Shown here: in pieces, positions 8,431-17,419 of the stretch
Numbering within the stretch: position 1 is the first letter of the stretch
Layout of the letters: every line of letters starts with the position of its first letter
Sequence record: NC_061447.1
Direction: 5' to 3' (one strand)
Length of the DNA: 64,000 bases
The notes under the pieces: model-generated
What the model was told of the DNA's origin: nothing
What the model saw: the letters and a program-made list of their open reading frames with translations, nothing else
Database searches by the model: none
Program-made: the position numbers and the translations under genes

Positions 8431-9045
8431 ATGAACCTTATTAAAACTTTCTTCGCCAAACGCTCTTACGCTTCTCTGGCTGCTGGTAACTTTGCAATCG
8501 ACGCCAAACACGTACAAGAGCTGGTGGAATGTGAGTGTATGATCGTACACGTAGACACTGGCCACCGTAATGCGTTCGCGTTAAAGAACATCTCTATCAC
8601 GCCTATCGACGAACACAACGTTCGCATTACGTTCGACCCGCTGACCGACGCACACGCTATGCCTGTGACTGTCATGCCGAAAGATCTGAAAGGCAGTATT
8701 GATGTGTACGACATGTACGCAGAAGACCTGAAAGACGTGCCGCGTTTCAACGTGTCGAATGACGCATCAGGCAACAATCCTAATCTGCTGTCGCTTGACC
8801 TCGAAAGCCGCCAGCGTTTCACTCAATACTTCGGTGGCATGTGTACGCTGACAGACCTGTGCTTGACGCTGCACGACAAAGGCATTCACGTTGTCGATAT
8901 TCACCATAACGTTAAGCAGCACGATCATGGCGTTGGCGTTTTCACTCAGCGCTACCGCACAGCATTCGAACTCAACAAAGACAACGGCATTAAGCGCCAC
9001 AACGACGACTATCCTGTTCTGGCTCGCATGACCGTATTAATGTAA
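8431..9045 (+). CDS. Hypothetical protein
   Basis: GAGAG RBS before ATG 8431. Confidence 0.75.
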   Translation: MNLIKTFFAKRSYASLAAGNFAIDAKHVQELVECECMIVHVDTGHRNAFALKNISITPIDEHNVRITFDPLTDAHAMPVTVMPKDLKGSIDVYDMYAEDLKDVPRFNVSNDASGNNPNLLSLDLESRQRFTQYFGGMCTLTDLCLTLHDKGIHVVDIHHNVKQHDHGVGVFTQRYRTAFELNKDNGIKRHNDDYPVLARMTVLM

Positions 9046-9054
9046 ACACACATT

Positions 9055-9078
9055 GCCTCGCATTGAGCGGGGCTTTTC
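9055..9078 (+). terminator. Rho-independent terminator
   Basis: GCCTCGC-ATTGA-GCGGGGC-TTTT. Confidence 0.65.
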
Positions 9079-9093
9079 TATTTGGAGAATGTT

Positions 9094-9354
9094 ATGGTAT
9101 ACGAACGCGAAGAACTCGAAGACATGCCGCTTGATGTGCTTTATCATTTGGCGAGCGCCAAAGGTCTTCTGGACGATCTGGACGATGATGACGATGTGCC
9201 TGATCGTGAAGTGCTGGTGGGCATGATTCTCGATGCTCAGAATGAAGACGAACAGGCAGAGCAAGATGCTGCCAACAAACAACGCGCCGAAGATGATCGC
9301 GACCCACGTATCAATCGTCGTGATGGTCAAGACGGCTCAGAGGATTATTGCTAA
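9094..9354 (+). CDS. Small acidic protein with a Rho_N/HeH-like helix pair
   Basis: EELEDMPLDVLYHLASAKGL...DREVLVGMILDAQ; GGAG RBS. Confidence 0.7.
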   Translation: MVYEREELEDMPLDVLYHLASAKGLLDDLDDDDDVPDREVLVGMILDAQNEDEQAEQDAANKQRAEDDRDPRINRRDGQDGSEDYC

Positions 9355-9572
9355 TGACACCTACTGAATTGAATGAGTATCTGCATCTGGTACTGACGCC
9401 TGTAGCTATGGCCTGGCGTGAGCAATTCCCTAAGAAGAAGCAAGCGATGGTCTCTATTAAGACTGCGTACTCTTGCCGAATCAAATTCGTTGAGGACCGT
9501 GAAGTTGAAAAACGGTGGCAGGCCTTCTGTCGCACACACGGCCTCAAGAACGAGGAAACACTCGAAAGCTAA
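9354..9572 (+). CDS. Hypothetical protein
   Basis: TAATG overlap with the previous stop. Confidence 0.7.
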   Translation: MTPTELNEYLHLVLTPVAMAWREQFPKKKQAMVSIKTAYSCRIKFVEDREVEKRWQAFCRTHGLKNEETLES

Positions 9573-9576
9573 ATAA

Positions 9577-9606
9577 AAGGGCTGCCATTGCTGGTGGCCC
9601 TTTTTC
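9577..9606 (+). terminator. Rho-independent terminator
   Basis: AAAGGGCTGCC...GGTGGCCCTTTTT. Confidence 0.8.
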
Positions 9607-9651
9607 ATTTCTGTAAATATCTCGTACACAAACAACAATGCGAGATATACA

Positions 9652-10020
9652 ATGCGCCGCTTCGTTATCGTCTTCAACGTCAGTCAGGCAGAGCTTGATG
9701 ACCGCCGCTTCTTTCAATCTAAGTTCAATATCGTTTCGTCACTGCGCCGCGCTCGCTGTGTCTTCCTCGTCGTTCGTGAAACCAAACAGGTGCTGTGTGT
9801 TTCAGAACTGACCTATCAACCGAGCGTCGAGCCAGGCATTCGTCAGGTAGACTTTGATGCGCCGCGTGACGTAACAGCATACGTGCTGCCTTTCGCAGAA
9901 CTCACCGCAGCGATGATCAATAACTCACAAGACCTGAGCATTCGCTACTTTGGCCGCAGCCTTGATATGGACATGGACCAGGCCAAACGCTTTCACACTC
10001 AACTGGAGATTATCCCATGA
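9652..10020 (+). CDS. Hypothetical protein
   Basis: ORF downstream of the class B motif at 9610. Confidence 0.75.
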   Translation: MRRFVIVFNVSQAELDDRRFFQSKFNIVSSLRRARCVFLVVRETKQVLCVSELTYQPSVEPGIRQVDFDAPRDVTAYVLPFAELTAAMINNSQDLSIRYFGRSLDMDMDQAKRFHTQLEIIP

Positions 10021-10262
10021 GTCAATCATTAGGCGCCTCACTTGGCGCTCGCTTCGCTGTCACCTCTCAGGCTAACATTGAGAAGCGTAAGAAGCGCGAC
10101 CCCAAAAACAGAACACTAAGCTGCGCCGCTACCTCAGCGCAGTATGATGCACTTGGTATGCTCGCCAACAAACTCAACGTGTCTCGTTCGCGCGCCGTAG
10201 AGATTGCAGTCGAAGAACTGTTGGCTAAGCACGGCGTTAAGGTGCAGACTGACAATGAGTGA
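10017..10262 (+). CDS. Ribbon-helix-helix (CopG/Arc-like) DNA-binding protein
   Basis: RTLSCAAT...YDALGMLANKLNVSRSRAVEIAVEELL fits a strand-helix-helix with the SRS signature. Confidence 0.7.
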   Translation: MSQSLGASLGARFAVTSQANIEKRKKRDPKNRTLSCAATSAQYDALGMLANKLNVSRSRAVEIAVEELLAKHGVKVQTDNE

Positions 10263-10617
10263 CACGCACATCTACTGCAAGCTGTATGGCGTTCAGCACC
10301 GCTTAAAGATCACGGCCTTCAACTTCATGAAGCAGCCGAACATGATCACGGTTGATTCGTCTGACGTGCTCAAGATGATGCCGCTGATTAATGTCGGTGC
10401 TGCATACGACACGTACACGCCATACAACGTACTCAAAGCGGGACGCGCTGACTTCAAAATCAAATTGATGGAGCGCACTGATGCAAACGTCTGGCGCTAT
10501 GAGTTCGAAGACTATCGTGGCCAACGCTTCGAAACGTACCTGATACGGAGACACTATGAAACGCCTCGGGATTGTAACGGTGTTGTCATTAAAGGACAAA
10601 CAACCCAAATCATGTGA
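10255..10617 (+). CDS. Hypothetical protein
   Basis: Overlaps the preceding stop; 120 aa. Confidence 0.7.
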   Translation: MSDTHIYCKLYGVQHRLKITAFNFMKQPNMITVDSSDVLKMMPLINVGAAYDTYTPYNVLKAGRADFKIKLMERTDANVWRYEFEDYRGQRFETYLIRRHYETPRDCNGVVIKGQTTQIM

Positions 10618-11191
10618 CCTCGATATCACGCCTGTATCGAAAGACGAAGAATGGGGCTCGCTGAGTCCCTTTCATTTAGGTCCATGCAGAACGCCAGATG
10701 GCGTCATGTTCCACAACATGGAAAACTTGTGGCAGTACAGCAAGGTCTATGAAGAACATCTCGTCAATTCGAACGATCTATTTCACGGCGAGATTGCTGC
10801 CGATTGGTGGGCGTGGCATTTGAAAGGCAGTACGACAAAACAGGCGCATCGCTATCCTATGGGGAAAGGCCAAAAGGCTCTGTTCTCCAAATGGGGCGAC
10901 TTGCGCCTTTCTTACGTTGCCGCACGAAAACAAATCTATGTGCCTGAGTATGCAAAGCTGGTGGTGCAGCAAAAGATGTTCAAGCGCCTGCTCAAGGAAT
11001 ATAAGAAAGGTGCCCACATAGTTCTGCGTGACTATGACACCTACGATATTCAGAAGGCCTATCCAGATGCACGTAGTCCCTGGATATCGGCTATCCAAAA
11101 CAACAATGCTAAATTCGGACATGCGTTCGTTATTGCATTGGCCCTGCTCTTTCACGAACGACCACTATGGTACAATCAATGGGTAATCTAA
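10556..11191 (+). CDS. NADAR-superfamily / DUF6939-like protein (putative)
   Basis: DITPVSK..W.SLSPF, NMENLWQYSKV, LSYVAARKQIYVPEY, HA.VI motifs; GGAG RBS. Confidence 0.5.
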   Translation: MKRLGIVTVLSLKDKQPKSCDLDITPVSKDEEWGSLSPFHLGPCRTPDGVMFHNMENLWQYSKVYEEHLVNSNDLFHGEIAADWWAWHLKGSTTKQAHRYPMGKGQKALFSKWGDLRLSYVAARKQIYVPEYAKLVVQQKMFKRLLKEYKKGAHIVLRDYDTYDIQKAYPDARSPWISAIQNNNAKFGHAFVIALALLFHERPLWYNQWVI

Positions 11192-11496
11192 ACGGAAGCT
11201 ACTGGCGATTCGATATAGACGAACGTGCAGGCAACATCAATCTACCTCATCTTCCTGCTGACTATACTGTGGTGATCAAAGACAACCTGACGCTACAGCG
11301 CACTACAGTCAAAATTGATGGCCTGACTATCGTGACCTCTCAGGGAAAGACCTGCGGTAGCCTTCAATTCATTACAGGCGCAAACATGCTTATCTGGTCC
11401 TCGTTCGAAGCATTCAGATTTACGCTGATTGTAGACGAGGTGAAGCATTACAGACTCAAAGCAGTCGACCGTCAATCTGACGAACTCTGCAAATAA
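11167..11496 (+). CDS. Hypothetical protein
   Basis: ORF continuing the operon; start uncertain (11167 or 11179). Confidence 0.6.
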   Translation: MVQSMGNLNGSYWRFDIDERAGNINLPHLPADYTVVIKDNLTLQRTTVKIDGLTIVTSQGKTCGSLQFITGANMLIWSSFEAFRFTLIVDEVKHYRLKAVDRQSDELCK

Positions 11497-11541
11497 CTGG
11501 TCAAAATAGCCATTCTTTTCAGTACCAGCTTATGATATACT
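11489..11541 (+). promoter_or_regulatory. Class A promoter
   Basis: GCAAATAACTGGTCAAAAT ... TGA-TATACT at 11536, spacer 32. Confidence 0.8.
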
Positions 11542-11588
11542 AAGAGCGAGCGCTATTGCTCAAAACAACACAAGCTGAGGAGCTTAAC

Positions 11589-11906
11589 ATGTCATCTTCT
11601 ACTACTCTGACTTTCATCTTCCCAGAACTGACCTCTCTGGAAGTTTCTATCGGTAACGGCGTTGTCCCGCACTATTTGGGAATTGCCGAGAACATGGACA
11701 AGACGTTCAGCGATGTTAAGGCGCTACGTCTGATGCAAGACTCGAACGTCGTAGGCGTTATGAGCCGCTTCGATCAGTCCATGCTTAATATGCTGATCGC
11801 TCGCCACGAAACGCATGAGCATATTCGCTGTCGTGATGCCATTGAGCACGGCACCGAGCACTTCCCATCTACCTGTCTCTACCTGAAGGTAGCGCATCAC
11901 CGCTAA
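11589..11906 (+). CDS. Hypothetical protein
   Basis: GAGGAG RBS. Confidence 0.75.
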   Translation: MSSSTTLTFIFPELTSLEVSIGNGVVPHYLGIAENMDKTFSDVKALRLMQDSNVVGVMSRFDQSMLNMLIARHETHEHIRCRDAIEHGTEHFPSTCLYLKVAHHR

Positions 11907-11970
11907 GATTTGTGAAGGGCCTTCAACGAGGGTCCTTTGAAAATCAAACCATGTTCTGAGGAGAACAACA

Positions 11971-12324
11971 ATGCCAGCAACTGAATTGCCTATCGACGCT
12001 CGCGCTTTCGATGACCTGAGCAATAGCAACTTCCTGCAAGTGTGCAACGCGATCTCTTTCTGTGTGTCTCGTGGCGATCTTGAGTTTCGCCATCATATCA
12101 AAGGACGCCACATCGACGTTGCGTATCGCGCTGGTGGTCACAACGTTTTCGGTATCAGCACTGTTCGCATTCTGATGCCGTCCGAAGTTCTGCGTGAAGA
12201 TATCGTAGAAGACTTCGAAATCATTCACGGCGATGCAGTCATTCAGATCGAACGCCAGAAAGATTCGTTCTCGACGTTGCAGCGTATCGCTGGTGCAGTT
12301 GAAGCGTGTATGCCTAAGAAGTGA
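11971..12324 (+). CDS. Hypothetical protein
   Basis: GAGGAG RBS. Confidence 0.75.
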   Translation: MPATELPIDARAFDDLSNSNFLQVCNAISFCVSRGDLEFRHHIKGRHIDVAYRAGGHNVFGISTVRILMPSEVLREDIVEDFEIIHGDAVIQIERQKDSFSTLQRIAGAVEACMPKK

Positions 12325-12389
12325 TTGTTGCTCGCAGGTTCTTACGAGAGCCTGCTGTCAACATAACACCATGAGCTGAGGAGCTTAAC

Positions 12390-12794
12390 ATGAAACAATT
12401 TCCACTGCGTAATCGCATCTACACGTTGAAAGAAATCGAGCATGACCTCGAACTGCGTGATAGCCCGTTCCTGCGCTTCGTCCCGCAGAAAGTGCGTTAC
12501 GTAGGCATGCCAGCAGGCATTCAGGTTATTCAGCAGTCGCATATTGCTAACCTGTCTGACCTGCCTGGTTGGGCAGATACTGAATGGATATACGTGCGCG
12601 AGACCGAAGAGTGGATTCCACTTTTCCGCGCCGTTGATGATGCGGCTATTGAAGCGCTCTGTGTTATCGAGCCTGACGTGTCTCAGTTCCGCTCTGACAA
12701 CACGTTGTTCATCTACCCGAAAGGTACTGAGTGTAAACAGTACGATGGTTATGACGAAGAAGTTCACGGCGAACTTCTGGAGCGTGATGAATGA
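12390..12794 (+). CDS. Hypothetical protein
   Basis: GAGGAG RBS. Confidence 0.75.
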   Translation: MKQFPLRNRIYTLKEIEHDLELRDSPFLRFVPQKVRYVGMPAGIQVIQQSHIANLSDLPGWADTEWIYVRETEEWIPLFRAVDDAAIEALCVIEPDVSQFRSDNTLFIYPKGTECKQYDGYDEEVHGELLERDE

Positions 12795-12970
12795 CTAAAT
12801 GGCATCGCAAGATGCGGCGGATAATGCGGCAGTACATGGCATGCTGCATAGTTGTCGTGCTACTTCTGGTTCTGACATTCATATTCAGAAGTCTGCCGCT
12901 TGGTTTGTTCACGCTCGCCTTTACTGTGGTTGTTACCGCAATCTACTCGTGGCGAGTGAGTAAGATGTAA
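12791..12970 (+). CDS. Small membrane protein (59 aa, below the ORF-track cutoff)
   Basis: ATGA overlap with the previous stop; basic N-terminus then two hydrophobic segments (MTKWHRKMRR...CIVVVLLLVLTFIF...LFTLAFTVVVTAIY). Confidence 0.6.
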   Translation: MTKWHRKMRRIMRQYMACCIVVVLLLVLTFIFRSLPLGLFTLAFTVVVTAIYSWRVSKM

Positions 12971-12976
12971 CTGTCA

Positions 12977-13007
12977 GGGATGCTCACTTCGGTGGGTGTC
13001 CCGTTTT
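12977..13007 (+). terminator. Rho-independent terminator
   Basis: GGGATGCTCAC-TTCG-GTGGGTGTCCC-GTTTT. Confidence 0.85.
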
Positions 13008-13026
13008 ACATTCAAGGACTAATCCT

Positions 13027-13479
13027 ATGGAAATGTTTGATCGCTCAAACGTGATTAAAGCAATCATGCGTAACCTGAAAGACGCGCGGAGAATAGAAGA
13101 CATACGCACGTTCGACGACAAGGTATACTTCAAAGTTAACGGCGTAGGCTACTTTGTCACTGGCAGCTATCCTAATCTGAAAGTTGTATCTCGCGGTCAG
13201 TATGACCAAGAGATGATGAACCAACTCAACTATGTTTATCGGCGCAAGAAGGGTGTAGAAGAAGATACGCCAATGCGCATAGCACGTACCTCTCGCAATC
13301 TCACACTGACGCAGATAGCTAAAGAGTTGGGACTGGACCCAGGTAACCTGAGTCGAATCGAACGGGGTATGCAGATACCTTCAATGGAGTTGGCGGAACG
13401 TATCGCCGCGTATTTCGATAACACAATAACAGCAATTCAAATTTGTCATCCGACTTATAAGGGGAATCCAAATGCTTGA
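13027..13479 (+). CDS. XRE-family HTH protein with an extra N-terminal domain
   Basis: C-terminal LTLTQIAKELGLDPGNLSRIERGMQIPSMELAERIAAYF. Confidence 0.85.
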   Translation: MEMFDRSNVIKAIMRNLKDARRIEDIRTFDDKVYFKVNGVGYFVTGSYPNLKVVSRGQYDQEMMNQLNYVYRRKKGVEEDTPMRIARTSRNLTLTQIAKELGLDPGNLSRIERGMQIPSMELAERIAAYFDNTITAIQICHPTYKGNPNA

Positions 13480-14011
13480 CCAAATCACTCACATCGTCCA
13501 AGTGATGATGACCAGCCTGAAAGACGTTCGTGAAGTAGATCAGGTTAACTTCATTGGCAATCAGGCTGTGCGCTTTCGTATGAACGGTAAAATCTTTGAC
13601 GTGCGTGGTCACTACCCGCTGTTTTCTGTGCATGAGATCGAAGGCTCTTGCATGTCTGGCTCGAAAGCTGCCTACGAGATCGAGCGTCAGATGAATGGCG
13701 GCCCGATTGAAAGTCAGGACAGCGAAGACTTCGCGCATGATTCGCATGAAGAAGCGGTGAACGATCTGCTGTGCAATCACGTTGACAGCATGTGTGAAGA
13801 ACGTGTACGCGCCTATAATGAAGAATGCGGCGGCCCTGATTTAGACCCAATCAATGCGCAACGCGTTTGGTTGAAAGCGCACTTCATTCATATCAGCGCG
13901 GAAGTCCCAAGCATGTTGGAGACTGTGATGTTCATGGAAGGCAAAGAGCGTTACGAGCAACTGCGCAAGGCAATCAAAGAGATTTACTCTCCTAAACCAA
14001 AAGTAGCCTAA
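13472..14011 (+). CDS. Hypothetical protein; N-terminal domain paralogous to 13027..13479
   Basis: LKDVREVDQV...VRFRMNG.IF.V.GHYP versus LKDARRIEDI...VYFKVNG.GY.V.GSYP. Confidence 0.75.
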   Translation: MLDQITHIVQVMMTSLKDVREVDQVNFIGNQAVRFRMNGKIFDVRGHYPLFSVHEIEGSCMSGSKAAYEIERQMNGGPIESQDSEDFAHDSHEEAVNDLLCNHVDSMCEERVRAYNEECGGPDLDPINAQRVWLKAHFIHISAEVPSMLETVMFMEGKERYEQLRKAIKEIYSPKPKVA

Positions 14012-14023
14012 GAGGAAATAGAA

Positions 14024-14464
14024 ATGAGCGAAATAGATATTCTGATCCGTGAGTTCGAACGGGCGTATCTCAAGTCACTGGCGTCGTCTTGGGGAAACGT
14101 TGCGTATCACGTTCACGACCTTCACCCTGAGATGAAGAATTTCCGAGTGTACTTGCGCTTTCGCACCCAGTTCCAGTGTCTCTGGAATCGCCCTGTGTTA
14201 GTGCTGTCTACTATCGACGTGACTAACCCAGGTCAAGGCGAGTTCTCGAAGTTACTCGCACGTACCAAAGAGCTGTGTCGGCAGCGTGACTGGATTCTCC
14301 AGATTGAAAACGTAATAACGCCGAAGTTCAGAAAGTTTCTACAGCGTGGTGGATTCAAGCCGTTTGGCATTGACGCCGAAATACCGTTCGGTAGTCTCTA
14401 CTGGTTCCACGACGAGACAATCCCAACGCAGTGTGCAATGTACAGACAGGAGCGCTCACTATGA
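14024..14464 (+). CDS. GNAT-fold acetyltransferase-like protein (putative)
   Basis: LVLSTIDV..PGQGEFSKLL (motif A-like) and LQIENV...FRKFLQRGGF (motif B-like). Confidence 0.5.
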   Translation: MSEIDILIREFERAYLKSLASSWGNVAYHVHDLHPEMKNFRVYLRFRTQFQCLWNRPVLVLSTIDVTNPGQGEFSKLLARTKELCRQRDWILQIENVITPKFRKFLQRGGFKPFGIDAEIPFGSLYWFHDETIPTQCAMYRQERSL

Positions 14465-14904
14465 ATATCTGGTGGCCCTCAATTGCTATTGGCTTGCTGC
14501 CTCTAGCTACATGCTACGCTGTGTTTCCGTGGTTTCGTGCTGCCGTGAATCGTCGTCTGACATTCAAAGCGTTTGACTATGACGCTCTCGACGAGATTCT
14601 CGCAGGCAACATGCCTGAGCGTCTGCGCATTAAATGTTTGCAGGCGAGTTACAGTTCGAACGACGGTGAGCACACGCACGTGGACATTTATCCGTATAAA
14701 GAGAATACGGCTGTGATTCGCATTGCGATGGATGATGACTTCCCTGTCGCCCGAATGTTTCGTGATGTGTTGATCAATAACATCACCGCACTGTGCCTGA
14801 AAGGTCGCAAGCTGCCTCTGATTACGATCAACCAATCGACGTATCAGGTGCTGGGCTATCAACACGACAACTACTACCTCCACATTTACGTGGAGCATAA
14901 ATAA
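14461..14904 (+). CDS. Hypothetical protein with an N-terminal TM segment
   Basis: AGGAG RBS; hydrophobic N-terminus. Confidence 0.7.
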   Translation: MNIWWPSIAIGLLPLATCYAVFPWFRAAVNRRLTFKAFDYDALDEILAGNMPERLRIKCLQASYSSNDGEHTHVDIYPYKENTAVIRIAMDDDFPVARMFRDVLINNITALCLKGRKLPLITINQSTYQVLGYQHDNYYLHIYVEHK

Positions 14905-14913
14905 GGGACTATC

Positions 14914-15213
14914 ATGGTCACCCAACAACAACTCAAAGAGTTTTCTGCATTGCCCTCTTTAGACAGGAAAGTGTTTCTGCGTAGTATGCAAGTAGAGATG
15001 TTGGGTGCCCTCCCTGAGGTCGAAGCGATTGTGCGTGAGATGTTGTGTCGCGCTATCGTGGTAGACGTGGTCCAAGCGGAGATGGCACTCCTTGCAGCAC
15101 GTCAAATGTGCGAGAACAAGGACGTAAAGAAAGCCATTGACGATTTACTTTTATTCGCGGCTCGTATTCACGATGCCACCGACGATACCTTATTTCTTGG
15201 AGATATAGCATGA
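14914..15213 (+). CDS. Hypothetical protein
   Basis: ORF with RBS, coupled to the next gene. Confidence 0.7.
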   Translation: MVTQQQLKEFSALPSLDRKVFLRSMQVEMLGALPEVEAIVREMLCRAIVVDVVQAEMALLAARQMCENKDVKKAIDDLLLFAARIHDATDDTLFLGDIA

Positions 15214-16265
15214 ACACAATTTCTGGTTCCGTAATTGACGAAGATGTTCTGGACTGGCTTGATAACTTTAGCTCGCACGACCAGCGTAAGATTGCTGACA
15301 CGATCAACGCGATTGCTTATGTGCACCGTACCGAGCTGTCTATTCCAAACATGCTGCATGACGAAGATATTGCTGCGCTGTCTCATGCTGACCTGTTCAC
15401 CATTCTGTCGCTCGCTGCACCGAATGCGAAGTATGATCTCACGTTGTCTAACGTGCAACTGCTTGGTCTGGCTATGAGTGCTATGGGCATCATCAACTAC
15501 AACATGCCTGAGTTGAATAGTCCGATCATGATCAAACGCACCTTTGCCGACGAGCGCCGCAAAAACATGCTCGGTGGTGATAGCTCTCGTGGTGATGTGA
15601 TCAAAGCACTCAATCAGTGGTTGTGTGGTATGCGCGATATTGACCTGACTCACGCAGGCACCGACTATGCTCCTGATATCCCAGGCATGTATCTGTGTCT
15701 CGACGAGCACGAACAGATTCGCTACGGCCGCCTATTCCGTAACAGCAGTGATGGATGGACCTTCTGCGAATCGCACGAGAACAATGGCGCCACTGTTTGG
15801 TATGATCGTCAGACAACGCATCTCAAAGAAGATGACCTGCCGATGACGCTACTTAGTCATTGGGTGCTGGTGGCTGAATGGTACAGCCCGAACGAACGTG
15901 CTGCACAGAAAGCAATTCCGATCGGTATCGTAAGCGACACCCATCGCATCTTTATGTTCCTGCGTAGCCTCAGCCCCCATGTGAAAGCAGAGCTGGTGGC
16001 ACACTTCAAAGGTGTGCTTGACCATAAAGATCCAACGTCCGTTGACTCTATCGGTCGCTTGACTGAACACGACTGGCGAACGGCAGCAATCGCAGTTGCT
16101 GATGACGCTAAAATGCCTGATGGTGTTAAGAGCTGGTCAGAAGTAAACGCGTGGGTGTGCTTCGTTGCTGTTGCAGAAGCGCTTGGCTTTAACTTTGAAA
16201 CTCGTCAGTTTGACCCGCAGTTTGACTATCAGGCAAACGACGATGCACTGGATGCAGATGAATGA
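15210..16265 (+). CDS. Hypothetical protein
   Basis: 351 aa ORF, GGAG RBS. Confidence 0.8.
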   Translation: MNTISGSVIDEDVLDWLDNFSSHDQRKIADTINAIAYVHRTELSIPNMLHDEDIAALSHADLFTILSLAAPNAKYDLTLSNVQLLGLAMSAMGIINYNMPELNSPIMIKRTFADERRKNMLGGDSSRGDVIKALNQWLCGMRDIDLTHAGTDYAPDIPGMYLCLDEHEQIRYGRLFRNSSDGWTFCESHENNGATVWYDRQTTHLKEDDLPMTLLSHWVLVAEWYSPNERAAQKAIPIGIVSDTHRIFMFLRSLSPHVKAELVAHFKGVLDHKDPTSVDSIGRLTEHDWRTAAIAVADDAKMPDGVKSWSEVNAWVCFVAVAEALGFNFETRQFDPQFDYQANDDALDADE

Positions 16266-16471
16266 ATAGAAAGATGATCGCCTGGTTCGCTTTGGTGATC
16301 TTCTGCGTGGTGGGAGTGGTTGCTTCCACCGTCGCACTCAATCACTACAGCTTCTTGTTGAGCACGTTGCTCACAATCGTATTCGGCGTTGGCCTAGTTA
16401 TCTGCGTGAAGTGCTTAGACGCGGCCACATGGGATTACTGCGTTAAGAAAGGAAAAGAAAAGAATGGCTAA
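16262..16471 (+). CDS. Small membrane protein (2 TM)
   Basis: Two hydrophobic stretches; ATGA overlap. Confidence 0.7.
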   Translation: MNRKMIAWFALVIFCVVGVVASTVALNHYSFLLSTLLTIVFGVGLVICVKCLDAATWDYCVKKGKEKNG

Positions 16472-16997
16472 ATCACTTGGTGTTTACCTGACGTATATCT
16501 TGCGCCATAAGCCACAAGATATCGGCATCGCAATGGACACTCAGGGTTGGGTGTCTGTGCATGATCTGCTTGAGAAGGCTCGTTATGTAAAACCAGTCAC
16601 TCTTGAATCGCTGACAGCCGAAGTGGAGTCAGACAACAAAGGCCGCTTCGAGTTCAACAAAAACAAAACGCGCATCCGTTGTGTTCAGGGTCACTCGGTT
16701 GAGCATGTGCTTTTGAACATGCAGGCGTGGACAGACTGGTCGCCGTTATATCACGGTACGGCAGAAAAGAACATCTCGTCTATTCAACATGACGGCATCC
16801 TCAAGCGCAAACGCAAGCACGTCCATTTGAGCAACGATATCGAAACTGCTCGACGTGTTGGTCAACGTCACGGCGTACCTGTTGTGTTTCAGATCGACAC
16901 GCTGTCCATGATTACTCACGGCTATAAGTTCTACCGTGCTGAGAACGGAGTCATCCTGACCGAGTACGTGCCGTCCCGTTATATCCGACTGGTGTAG
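16464..16997 (+). CDS. kptA: RNA 2'-phosphotransferase (Tpt1/KptA family)
   Basis: YILRH, GWV, NKGRFE, IRCVQGHS, LYHGT, R.HVHLS, G.RHG.PVV, NGV.LT..VP motifs. Confidence 0.95.
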   Translation: MAKSLGVYLTYILRHKPQDIGIAMDTQGWVSVHDLLEKARYVKPVTLESLTAEVESDNKGRFEFNKNKTRIRCVQGHSVEHVLLNMQAWTDWSPLYHGTAEKNISSIQHDGILKRKRKHVHLSNDIETARRVGQRHGVPVVFQIDTLSMITHGYKFYRAENGVILTEYVPSRYIRLV

Positions 16998-16999
16998 TT

Positions 17000-17413
17000 A
17001 TGGAGAAGACGTACATGACACACTGGGGATCTCGGTATGTGAGATCTCCAACGGGCAAATGGTACTCTGTTCATGGTCGCGAAGGTGCCTGGGTGACGAA
17101 TCGCTACGGCACTTCATTCTATCGTAGCGGCACAGAGGTGTGGCGAGACATATCTCCTGCCTCTTGTAGGAATCTGGAGCGTGAGTTTCTCAAACGAACC
17201 CGCAATGACTTCAAGGATAATAAGAACAAGTACAACCACTGGGGTAAGGTAGTGCTGGTGATTGCACGTCAGTCGGAAGAAGAAAAGAACCCGCACACGT
17301 CAGAGCTTGCTGAGATGCTCGAAGCGCTTAGACAGACTTTCTATGGACAGAAGGTACAGCAACTAAGCACAATTCTGGACGAAATAGGTCTTACAGACAG
17401 ATATCGTTCGTGA
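17000..17413 (+). CDS. Hypothetical protein
   Basis: 137 aa ORF in the operon. Confidence 0.65.
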   Translation: MEKTYMTHWGSRYVRSPTGKWYSVHGREGAWVTNRYGTSFYRSGTEVWRDISPASCRNLEREFLKRTRNDFKDNKNKYNHWGKVVLVIARQSEEEKNPHTSELAEMLEALRQTFYGQKVQQLSTILDEIGLTDRYRS

Positions 17414-17419
17414 TATAAT
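17367..17419 (+). promoter_or_regulatory. Class A promoter (overlapping the end of the upstream CDS)
   Basis: GCACAATTCTGGACGAAAT ... TGA-TATAAT at 17414, spacer 32. Confidence 0.8.
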
